Source: Squalus acanthias
Lineage: Eukaryota
NCBI GenBank assembly: GCA_030390025.1
Contig: CM059433.1
Coordinates: 19,284,001 to 19,348,000, forward strand
Reading direction: 5' to 3'
Length of the DNA stretch: 64,000 bases
Shown here: positions 14,143 through 25,045 of the stretch, one piece after another
Numbering within the stretch: the first letter of the stretch is position 1
Layout: each line of letters begins with the position of its first letter
Made by a program: the position numbers and the translations under genes
Notes under the pieces: model-generated
Database searches by the model: none
What the model was told of the DNA's origin: nothing
Seen by the model: only the letters and a program-made list of their open reading frames with translations

Positions 14143-14249
14143 ACACCACAATATACACATTTTATTTTGTAATTTTATATACACCTGCATTAGCATACCC
14201 AACCAGCGCAAGGATTGGAGATAAATAGAGTAGAGACAGAGAAGCTGTC

Positions 14250-14550
14250 CGGTGGGGCAATCCCGAACAAGGAGGCACAATCTTAAAATTAAGGCTCGGC
14301 CATTCAGGAGTGAAATCAGGAAGCATTTTTTTTCCAACAAAGGTAGTAGAAATCTGGAATTCTGTCCGCCAAAAGACTGTAGATGCTGGGTCAGTTGAAA
14401 TTTTCAAGACTTTAGATCGACAGATTTTTATTAGGTAAGGGTATCAAGGGATATGGATCAAAGGCGGGTAAATAAAGTTGAGCTGCAGATCAGCTATGAT
14501 CTAATTAAATGATGGAATATGCTTAATGGCCTACTCCTGTTCCTATGTCA
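14250..14550 (+). mobile_element. CR1 3' fragment
   Basis: aaaggtagtagaaatctggaattct (RVVEIWN-like) and the tail atggcctactcctgttcctatg. Confidence 0.75.
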
Positions 14551-15475
14551 ATACTCTCAAGACCTGAGCTGTCCAATCAGTTCAAATAATAGGAGATCCA
14601 CCTTAAATGAGATACTTATGGTCCAGCTGATACTGCAGTCCAGAAGACACAGGATCGAGTTCTTGGTCAAACAGTTGGGTGGGGGTTAGCTCAAAGAATA
14701 ACCATTTCCTCCACCCAAAGCTTATGGTTGACCTTCACCACAAGAATGGAAACCTGCAGGGAATCCACAAGCTGCCCAGAATCATTGTTCTGTTGTTTGG
14801 TGATATGCAACAGAATCCTGGTAGCCTCCCATTCTGCCACACAACATGAGAGCTCTTGTCAAAGATTGAATGAATCATCATATAAAGCCACTATTTTCTA
14901 TATATACAGTTAGACATCACTATTGCTGAGTATGCCCGCATTTTGATCTGTAAGCCCCTCAACTGCTGGTCTGAAAGATCTGAAGACTTCTGTCTAACTA
15001 ATCACAGATTCCAGGTGCCATAGCAGCACCAGGATCTTGTGTGCCATCTTTGTCAAAGATGCCCTGATTAACTAATTGTCCACGTAGGGGTGGACATGCA
15101 ATCTCTCTGAAGTAATGAGGTTTTATCACTAACAGACACCAAAAGATCTGGTGCTGACAAACAATAGGACCTGGTATTTTCAGTATGATCTAGCTCATTT
15201 AAAAAAAAAGACATTTCCTGTTGGCTTCCCCAATTCCAATATGGGATTATGCTCCTTTCAGGTACTGGCCAAAGGGTGAAGGCATTCATCGATCTTGAGT
15301 CTGAGGATCGGTTAGATGGCTCCCATAATGCAAGAAAGAACTTGTATTTATAAAGCGCCTTTCACGACCTCAGGGCATTCCAAAGTGCTTCACAACCAAT
15401 GGAGAAATGGGACTAAAACTCCTAAGATTTCCTGGGAAGGACCCATTTGATAGCTTCAGCAACCAGTAGATTCTG

Positions 15476-16003
15476 GGGAGGGAAATTCGGTTGCTTGGCG
15501 CTAACGGGGCGCGAAGCAACTAGCGCCCGGGCGCGGCGCCGCCAACGCCTCCTGCGAAATTCAGCGGGAGGTTAGCGGCGGTGTTAACTGTTAGCGCCCC
15601 ATAGCGCTGCGCCGCCGGCGATGACGTCATCGGCGTGCGCAGCGCCCCGGCTGCGATCTTCGGTAGCGCCCCCTAACTTACCGCCGGACGCTATGCCCGA
15701 TGGGGTCAGGGGGTCTACCTGCGGCCGGGGCGACGCTAATTAAAGGTGAGGTGCCGGGCGGCCATTTTTGTTGCTGGCCGCCTGCCAGTACCTGTCCCCG
15801 GCCTCCTCAGCAGCCCCCCCCGCGGAGTGCCGGCTGCGCTCTTTTGCCGGTACTCCGATCCCTGGTGGCCCAGCTGGGCCCCGGGTTGCGCTGCGCAAGG
15901 CCCCTCCCCTTTAAGAAGGGGAGGAAGGCCTGCAGTACCGCGGCGTGATATTCCCTCGCCGCGGGGGTGCTAATTTTTTCGGGGCGCGACTCAATTTTTC
16001 CCC
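15476..16003. mobile_element. GC-rich PIF/Harbinger-like MITE, family A
   Basis: Termini GGGAGGGAAATTCGG...AATTTTTCCCC with a candidate 3-bp TSD (CTG). Internal sequence is clearly homologous to 23643-24403. Confidence 0.75.
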
Positions 16004-16999
16004 CTGTATCTTTTAATCAAAAAGTCCTTGGTCTGTGCTGTTTCCAACTATCCTGAGAAAACTGGAGGAGAGCATACTTTTCCCTATTCACATGTCACTT
16101 CCAGAGCCATTCCTTATAAAATGGCCACTCCCCCTCGTCCTCATCCCGTCCCCAACATGGTCCTCTTCTACAGAGGAGGATACAATTGCTCAAAGTGAAG
16201 TAGTGGTGAAAGTGGGAGAACTGGGTTTTCATTCCCTGCAACCCAGATGATTACTATAGTGTAGAACATTTAGTATCTGATACAATTAGTATGTAAGCCA
16301 ACATAGAACCTGCTTGAAACACTTATCTTTACAGGAGTGGCTTCATGAGTTCTGCTTTCTCCGGATTGACTCTATTTGCTCTTGGAGTCTTTAATAAGTG
16401 TCTTTGCACTGAGTTGGAGTCCAAGATCTCTCTGCCAATTTGATTAAACTTTTGACATTCTGGTGGTCAGGACCTCCTTCCAAAGGAGGAATTGGGTCCA
16501 CCATGCTCATATTGCTGAGTTAGGAGCAGCCTTTCTACTTGGAAAAGGTGTACAACGATAGAAGACTACGACTTCTGCCATAAGTTAGTCATTGGAAGTG
16601 GTCATTCATTGTGAAGCCCAGAGCTGGCAGCTGTAGTGAGATGAATGAGGTTGGCTTCAGTAGGCTCCATCTTAAAATGGTATGTGATCAACAACACAAG
16701 GACTTTGCATACCAAAGTACAAAATGAAACTTGAATTACTCAAACTTCCAAGCGTTCAGGGAACCACTATAGTATATTAAAGTGCTTGTACCAATAAAGC
16801 ATAACAATTTTTTTCTGATGTCGGAGGCAACAAAAAGATTTGCTACAGACAGGAGAAACAGAATTGATGGTAGAGGCTAGAGTGGGATTTCCTATAGAGG
16901 AGCGGGGAAAGATAAACATACATGCTTAAGGTACAATTTTCCAGAAAGGGGAATGCCTTAGGTGATTTTCCCTAGTGGAATTGCCCATATCCTTACTGC

Positions 17000-17365
17000 A
17001 TATAGAAACATAGAAAAATAGGAGGAGTAGGCCGCTCGGCCCTTCGAGCCTGCTCCGCCATTCAATATCATGGCGGATCCTCTATCTCAATACCATATTC
17101 CTGCTCTCTCCCCATACCCCTTGATGCCTTTTGTGTCTAGAAATCTATCTAACTCCTTCTTAAATATATTCAGTGACTTGGCCTGAACAGCATTCTGTGG
17201 TAGAGAATTCCACAGGTTCACCACCCTCTGAGTGAAGAAATATCTCCTCATCTCAGTCCTAAATGTCCTACCCCGTATCCTGAGACTGTGACCCCTCGCT
17301 CTCGAACCCCCCAGCCAGGGGAAACATCCTCCCTGCATCCAGTCTGTCTAGCCCTGTCAGAATTT
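17000..17365 (-). mobile_element. CR1 3' fragment
   Basis: ORF 17087-17338 contains RGHSLRIRGRTFRTEMRRYFFTQRVVNLWNSLP. Confidence 0.85.
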
Positions 17366-17399
17366 CTGAATGGCCTCCTTCTATGCTGTAAGTTTCTAT

Positions 17400-18263
17400 G
17401 GGGGAAAAATTCGGTTGGTTTGAGCCTTCCGTTAGCGCCTTAAGAGGGCGCAAAGCAACTAGCGCGGCGATGTTTGCGCCGCTCGTGAAATTGACCAGAC
17501 ATTTTGCGGCGGCGCGAAACACTACCGCCACGATCTCCTGCGCCCGCAGATCGTGACATCAGTCGAGCGTGCAAAGTCCCGGACCGGATATTGAGTGGCG
17601 CCCCCTGCCTTACTGCCTGCCGCTAGCTACAACAGGTTGAGGGGAGCGTTTTGCAGTCGGGAAGGGACTGGGAGAGCGCTATTTAAAGGCGACCGCTTCC
17701 TGCCTTTTTTTGTCGGTGACATTTTTGCACCACGCATTCTGAGTGAGAGAGAGACAGACTTCTGGAGATATTCAACGCTGTGTTGAGGAGTTTTGGGTAC
17801 TGAGCAGCACTTTGCAGGTTCATTTTGATTTGACCTTCCTTGCATCGATTTAGAAGAGACTATGGAGGCTGCACTCTCAGCTCTTTCCCTGGGCGCCTCC
17901 ATTGTTCTTTCTAGCAGATTTGATGTACAGGTCTCTCCAGGCCGAGATTCAAGGCTGCAATGAGCAGGGTGTGGATGGAGAGCAAGATCGACCCTCCCCT
18001 TTACGAACTGGCCGGTACCAGTGTGTCTGTGTTCCACTGCTGACTGACAACACATGAGCTTCGCCAGCGCTCTGAGGTAGCGCCTCGCTCCTCGGCGTTA
18101 GCGCCTTGAGAGAGATGTGTAGCACCTGATTTAGCGCTCCAATCACCTCCAGGGGCGATAGAAGCCAAGTTTGCAGTCGGAGGTGATAATTAGCGCCAGG
18201 CGCTAAACTTTGCGCCCGGCCGATAATTGCGCCCCAAACGGGGCGATACCGAATTTCTCCCCC
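17400..18263. mobile_element. GC-rich PIF/Harbinger-like MITE, family A variant
   Basis: TIRs GGGGGAAAAATTCGG / CCGAATTTCTCCCCC (14/15). TAT TSD at 17397-17399 and 18264-18266. Inserted in a CR1 tail microsatellite. Confidence 0.85.
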
Positions 18264-18632
18264 TATGATTCTATGATTTAATTCACTTGAAAGTGCAGAC
18301 AAGCACAAATCATGCAAGTCCATGCTAAAGAATCACTCTATAATTACTATCTATACTAGAAAGCTGAATGCAGGGCAGATTTCAATTTTGTGGTTAATTG
18401 CAGATAACCAACAACAAAAGGTATCAGCGCACAAGGAATTTCAGTCAAAAAAAAAACTGCCTTCGACGAACAACCAAAAAAAATGCATTTTAACCATCTA
18501 TAAACAATTGCTCAAAACATTGCTACTGTCATCGCTCTCTTCAAGCTCCATTAATCTCCCACAATTGCAACATAGGAATAGCAGAAACAGTTTTCTGAAC
18601 AAAAGGCTGTTAACAGATAATAACTGACTTAC

Positions 18633-18710
18633 CGTCGCTGCAGGAAATTGGTCCGATAGTTCATATGGTTCCTCAGGAACCCAACATCCTTGCTCCAAAG
18701 ACCAAAGAAC
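18633..18710 (-). CDS. MCPH1: Microcephalin 78-nt exon (end of BRCT2; equivalent to human exon 12)
   Basis: Acceptor tgttttctag| and donor ACG|gtaagt. Encodes VLWSLEQGCWVPEEPYELSDQFPAAT in frame with the previous exon. The following intron contains ANGPT2, as in mammals. Confidence 0.94.
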
Positions 18711-19245
18711 CTAGAAAACAATTTTTTAAAAAAATTTGTAAACTTTAGTCAGGAAGGATAGTACTAATAAATGTTGTGATGGAAAGATACAACACCAACG
18801 GGAATTTCCATCTTACACTATCAATAACATTGAAATATTCAAAAGGATGTATATTTTTGTCCCACCATCATTAAAATGAAAAGTTTTTGAGTGCCAAGTA
18901 TTTTCAATATTATCATTCAAATCTTATAGTAAAACTTCAGCAGCAACGGAGAAAAAGAGATCACCAGCAATAGTTAGTGATGTATGCTTGCAGGGAGTCC
19001 ATGGGCTGATGTAACTCAATGTAGGAGCCCTTGAAGTATTAATTTTATAAGAATTAAGTTGATATAACCACACACATTTATTTTACACGCACACACAATC
19101 TCAGGTTAGGTATTTAATATTCAGATTATTTAACCTGAAGGTCGTTCTACTTTATAAAATATGCATTTCTTGCTAAAATATACAAAACTGAATCTTGCAC
19201 TTTATTTTTGTTTATTACGTGACAACAACAGGATGAAGTAGAGAC

Positions 19246-19585
19246 ATTATAACAGGAAATATCTTCAATGAATTTGACCGTGATGGTGGTTGAAAGCATG
19301 AAAAAGAATTGGAGAACTTGTATTTGGGCATCAATGGGTATGTCAGAGCTCCATGATTTCAGTTTAAATTTAGCAATTGATGTAAATTTGCCCCATGAAG
19401 AGATTGCTGAAATATGCTAAAGGTTTGCTTTTAACTTATATTTTTAGGGGTCAATTGCTAAATTTAAACTGAAATCATGGAGCTCTGACATACCCATTGA
19501 TGCCCAAATACAAGTTCTCCAGTTCTTTTTCATGCTTTCAACCACCATCAGGGTCAAATTCATTGAAGATCTTTCCTGTTATAAT
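19246..19585. repeat. Long inverted repeat: 135-bp arms (19246-19380 and 19451-19585) with a 70-bp spacer
   Basis: Direct comparison of the arms shows 3 mismatches in 135 bp by my count. Confidence 0.95.
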
Positions 19586-20394
19586 TTATGAATGAATAGT
19601 CCTTTAAAATCATTCATCAGCCAATTGATTCTCCTTAAGCTTCACGCTCTCAGCTTCCATGCTTATGACACAGTCTCTAAATTTTTCTTTTCTGGTAATT
19701 TCTGATAAAACTAAATATCACTGTCTCAGTAAAAGAATTAAGGTGAAATGCGTTGCTTTGTCAAAGATGCAAAATATGCACCAGGATTACTTAAATATTT
19801 TATAATGTCTTCAGTGAAAAACACACAGTATTTATATACATCAAATTAAAATGATAAGTTAACGGAACATTCTAATGAGCTATCAGTCAGGTATAATTAA
19901 TAGAAGACACACAAATATCCATCTGCGTTCCAGATAATAGTGTTTTTAATTTAACATTTTTAACAACTTAATTTTGGAACATGTAATGTCAACTCATACA
20001 TCTGTGACGTTGGCACAACAAAGGCTGTGACTACTGGTTTTAGAGTTAAACTGATGAAATATTTAATTGCACGTTTACTGCAGTCTAAGAAAACCGAACA
20101 CTGGAAATGCTGTGCAGGTTAAGCAAAAGCCACAAGTGCACACTCTGTTAACATTCATGTATTCAGACAGTTAAATAGATCGTTTTGCTTGGGAGTGATA
20201 AAGTGAAGCTAACAGGAGGGTAGATAAATAGTATGAAGTTTAAAAAGATACAATTTCACAGTTATTTATTACGAATGGTGACACTTGCACTTGGGAGGGT
20301 AGTAACTACAGTTCTTTTGCCTGCAAGATCAAATCAAGAGAGACATGAATCTCCATTTTGCTGGTCTCGACTAAGCTTAAGAGAGAGAGAAAGA

Positions 20395-20745
20395 AAAAAG
20401 AATGTTAATTTATATAACAGCTCTCATCCTCAGGACGTCACAAAGTGCTATACACACAATGAATTACTTCTGCAGTATGGTTATTGTTATATGGGCAAAC
20501 CCAACACCCTATTTGCGCACAGCAAGATCCCATAAAACAACAAAATAAGTGAAAGTTAATCTGTTTTTGGTGATGTTGATTGAGGGATAAATGCTGGTTA
20601 GTACACTGGGTAAACTCCTCTTTGAATGGTGCTTGAGATCTTACGTTCACCTGAATAGGCAGATGGGGGTCTCAGGTGGCACTTCCAGCAATGAAGTACT
20701 CCCTCAGGATTGCACTCAGACTAAATTATGTGCTCAAGTCCTGAG
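20395..20745 (-). mobile_element. Degenerate SacSINE1/DeuSINE-type SINE
   Basis: Contains gtactccctcag, cagcaagatcccataaa and gatgttgattgagggataaat blocks shared with the other copies. Confidence 0.65.
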
Positions 20746-20899
20746 GAGGAAAGTTATTTATTCAAATGTACACAATATGGCTTTTCAAAATACTCCACAC
20801 AGCTTAAATGCATCAAGGCGGCCAAAAATCCTGATGTATAACAATAATTCCATTGAAGTATTAGTTTAAAAATGGTATATACAAGAACAAGGCTGGGAA

Positions 20900-21652
20900 G
20901 TTTTTTTTTATTCGCTTATGGGATCTGGGCGTCGCTGGCAAGGCCAGCATTTATTGCCCATCCCTAGTTGCCCTCGAGAAGGTGGTGGTGAGCCGCCTTT
21001 TTGAACCGTTGCAGTCCGTGTGGTGATGGTACGCCCACAGTGCTGTTAGGTAGGGAGTTCCAGGATTTGACCCAGCGACGATGAAGGATCGGCGATACAC
21101 TTCTAAGTCAGGATGGTGTGTGACTTGGAGGGGAACTTGGAGGTGGTGGTGTTCCCATGCGCCTGCTGCCCTTGTCTTTCTAGGTGGAAGAGGTCGCGGG
21201 TTTGGGAGGTGCTGCCGAAGAAGCTTTGGCGAGTTGCTGCAGTGCATCTTGTCGATGGTACACACTGCAGCCACGGTACGCCAGTGGTGGAGGGAGTAAA
21301 TGTTTAAGGTGGTGGATGGGGTGCCAATCAAGCAGGCTGCTTTGTCCTGGATGGTGTCGAGCTTCTTGGGTGTTGTTGGAGCTGCACTCATCCAGGCAAG
21401 TGGAGAGTATTCCATCACACTCCTTACTTGTGCCTTGTAGATGGTAGAAAGGCTTTGGGGAGTCAGGAGGTGAGACACTCGCTGCAGAATACCTAGCCTC
21501 TGACCTGCTCTTGTTGCCACAGTATTTATGTGGCTGGTCCAGTTAAGTTTCTGGTTAATGGTGACCCCCAGGATGTTGATAGTGGGGGATTCAGCGATGG
21601 TAATGCCATTGAATGTCAAGGGGAGGTGGTTAGACTCTCGCTTGTTGGAGAT
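20900..21652 (-). mobile_element. Non-LTR retrotransposon 3' fragment (CR1/Jockey group, Zenon-like)
   Basis: ORF 20951-21619 contains INILGVTINQKLNWTSHI and IYKAQVRSVMEYSPLAW (RT C-terminal region). Same family as 37335-39565. Confidence 0.8.
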
Positions 21653-21787
21653 AGTACATTGACTTAATTTTTAAATTCTCTTTCTCCTTGTTTTAAGATC
21701 CTCAGTGCTGTATACAATTCTTAGGGAGGGGGTAAGGTAGGCCTACCCCTCAGTTCTTATTGATCGAGCCAACTGGTCATAGGTGAG

Positions 21788-22162
21788 CAGGGATGCCAAC
21801 TCTCCAGGATTGCCTTGAAGTCTCCAGGAATTAAAGATTAATCTCCAGGAAACTGCTGTGAGCAACCCAGGAGAAAAATCATATGGGCATTATTTTTTTT
21901 ACATTTTCTTTGAACACTTTTATTTATTAGTTATAAAACTATCAGATATAGAGGGGAAAAAAGGTTGTTTGACTGACAGTCAAGAATCAACCAATCGGGT
22001 AACGAGAGTTTGTTCGCTTTCCAACTGGCATGGGAAGGTGGTGCATCGTAAATATGGGAAAGTTGGGCGGCCAATGGCAAGAGTGGGAGGGCAGGGAGGT
22101 ACAGGTAGCAGGTCATGTAATGGTATCTCCAGGAATATATCCAACCAGAGTTGGCAACCCTA
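21788..22162. mobile_element. hAT (Tip100-like) MITE
   Basis: TIRs CAGGGATGCCAACTCT / AGAGTTGGCAACCCTA. Degenerate 8-bp TSD taggtgag / taagcgag. Subterminal tctccagga repeats. Confidence 0.75.
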
Positions 22163-22724
22163 TAAGCGAGCAAGGTTGCATGGGGTGATGCACCCTTAGG
22201 TTTTCTATCCCTTCATGTGGGGAAGCACCTGGCTTCTACTTGATATATCCCCTTATGGCACAACAGAGTTCAAGAACTCAAACATGTAAACCATCAATGT
22301 GCTGCACAACTAGCTTTCAGGGCTAGTAACAAAGAAAACATTAACTTCTGAGGAGAAAGCTCTTTCTCCCTCACCCCATTTTAACCCCACACTAGTGATC
22401 CCGAGTGCCTGCTCCAAGGTCACCACATTTAGCTGGTTACAAGAAGTCATGTAGCAGTGGGCCAGTGAGGAATCCAACCTGTCTTTCCCTTGCCACATGA
22501 TAAGGTCACGATTCATCAGTGATGGAAACTAAATCCTCCCTTTACCTGTCTGTGGTAATGTGCATTGGTGCACCCACACATTCCCAGACTAATACAAAAT
22601 GCTTAAAGTATGTTTTTGAACAGCATATGTACAAAAATTCCATTTCCCAGTGCATAAAATATATTTTCAAGTTGTAAACTAAAAATGCACATACTGTTAT
22701 TGGCAGAAGAGATCAAAAAAGATA

Positions 22725-25045
22725 CAGACATTAAAGATAGAAAGGGGGGGGGGGGCGATAATTGATAAACTAATCAAACTTAGAGAGGAAAAAACCTCTG
22801 GTCCGAATGCATTGCATCTGTGCATTTAAAATAAGTTAGGGAAGAGATAGCAGAGGCACTATTACATATATATATAAAAACTCATTAGAAAAGGGAATAG
22901 TGCCAAAGGACTGCGGACTGCTAATGTTATATTTAAAAAAGGAGCTAGATAAAATCCAGAGAACTAAAGACCAGTTAGCTCAACATCGGGGATAGGAGAA
23001 ATAATGGAATTTGCACTGAGAAATGCAATAGAAAAACATCTGGAAACTGAAAATATAATAAAGAATAGTCAGCACGGATTTCAAAAGGGGAAGTCATGCT
23101 CCACCAACCTTATGGAATACTTTGAAGTAACAGGAAGAGTAGACAAGGGTTATGTAGTAAATGTAATATATTTGGATTTTCAAAAGACCATCGATAAGGT
23201 ACCGCATAAGAACATAATAGGAGCAGGAGTAGGCCATTCGGCCCCTCGAGCCTGCTCCGCCATTCAATAAGATCATTAAGGTCAGAGCACATGGAGTCGG
23301 GGACAAGTAGCAGAATGGATAGCAACCTGGCTACAGAACAGAAAACAGAGGTTAAGGGTAGCTACTCAGACTGGCAAAAGGTGGGAAGTGGTGTTCCACA
23401 GGGATCGGTGCTGGGACCACTGTTCACAATTTACATAAACGATTTGGACTTGGGAATCAGAAGCACAATTTCAAAACTTGCAGACTATACCAAATTGGGA
23501 AGACTATGACAAAAAACATGATGACATTAATAAACTTTCCAAATGGGTGTATAATTGGCAAATGATTTTCAATATAGATAAGTGTGAGGTGTTACATCTT
23601 GGTAGGAAGAATAGGGAGGTCACATACTGATTGGGTAATAAGGGGGAAAAATTCAGCTGCTTGCGCCTCCCGTTAGCGCCTTAAGAGGGCGCTAATGGGG
23701 CGTAAAGCAGCCAACGCCCGGGCGCAGCGCCGCCCACGCCTCCCGAAAAATTTAGTGGGAGGTTAGCGGCGGCGGCAGCCGGTAGCGCCCTGTGGCGCTG
23801 CGCCGCCGGCGATGATGTCATCGCCGTGCGCAGCACCCCGCTCGCGCCCCGGCCGTGATCTTCAGTCGCGCCCCCTGATTTACCGCCAGACGCTATGTCC
23901 GACGGGTTCAGGGAGGCGTACGTGCGGCCGGGGCGGCGATATTTAAAGCGGAGGTGGCAGGCGGCCATTTTTGTTGCTGGCCGCCTGCCAGCACCTGCCC
24001 CCGGCCCCCGTGAAGCCCCCCCACCGTGAAGTGCCGGCTGTGCTCCAAGAGCCCGGCACTTCTCTTGAGTGCTGGGCTCTTTTGCCGGCACTCCCGATCC
24101 CTGGGGGCCCAGCTGGGCCCCGGTTCGCGCTGCGCAGGGTCCCTCCCCTTTAACAAGGGGAGGAAGGCCTGCAATACCGCGGCGTGACGTGCCGCAGCGC
24201 GTGGCGCTGCGGCACGTAGCGCCAGGATATTCACTCGCAGCGCCCCAAGAGGGATGCGGGCTGCTTCCAGTTGCGCCCCGCTTCCCTCTTGGGGCGCAAC
24301 CACTGAAGTTCCGGCGCGGGGCCGCTAATTTTTTCGGGGCGCTAAAAGTCGCGCCCCGGCGAGGTTAGCGCCCCAAATGGGGCGCGACTCAATTTTTACC
24401 CCCAAGAGTCTAAACGGGCTAGAGGAGCAAAGCGATCAAGAGGTATAGATACACAACTCATTACAAGTAGCGACACAGGTTAAAAAGGCCATAAAAAAAT
24501 AAACCAAACACTGGGGTTCATTTCTAGACGGATAGAATTGAAAAGCAGAAATGTCATGTTGAACTTGTAGAGGCACTGGAGATGGTGCAAAAAGATTCAC
24601 AAGGATGATACCAGAAGTGCGAGGATATACTTATTAGGAACAGGCTGGGGCTCTTTTAGGCTGAGGGGTGACCGAATAGAGATTTTTAAAATTATTAAGA
24701 GGTTGGATAAGGCAGACATAGAGAAGGTGTTTCCACTGTGGGGAGACCAAACCTAGGAGCCATAAATATAAGATAGCCACCAATCGATCCAGTCGGGAAT
24801 TCAGGAGGGACTTCTTTACCCAAAGAGTGTTAAGAATGTGGTACACGCTACCACAAGGAATAGTTGAAGCAAATAGCATAGATGCATTTAAGGGGAAGCT
24901 AGATAAGCACATGAATGAGAAAGGAATAGAAGGACATGCTGATCGGGTGAGATGAAGAGAGGTGGGAGGAGGCTCGTGTGGAGCATAAACGCTGGCATAG
25001 ACCAGTTGGGCCAAATGGCCTTTTTCTGTGCTGTACACTCTATGT
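22725..25045 (+). mobile_element. Decayed CR1 ORF2 and 3' end, interrupted by an inverted CR1 tail (~23205-23276) and a MITE
   Basis: SQHGFQKGKSC and [20 protein letters not shown] motifs in the ORF track, with a CR1 3' end at ~25000. Confidence 0.85.
23643..24403. mobile_element. GC-rich PIF/Harbinger-like MITE, family A
   Basis: Termini GGGGAAAAATT...AATTTTTACCCCC with an AAG TSD. It splits the CR1 sequence ataag^agtctaaa, whose uninterrupted form aataagagactaaa is seen at ~63455. Confidence 0.85.

Noticed and set aside
23681..24368. Overlapping Ala/Gly/Pro-rich ORFs, or a CpG-island promoter
   Set aside because: These arise from a GC-rich MITE bounded by TIRs and a TSD. The same applies to the ORFs at 15.7 kb and 17.6-18.3 kb.
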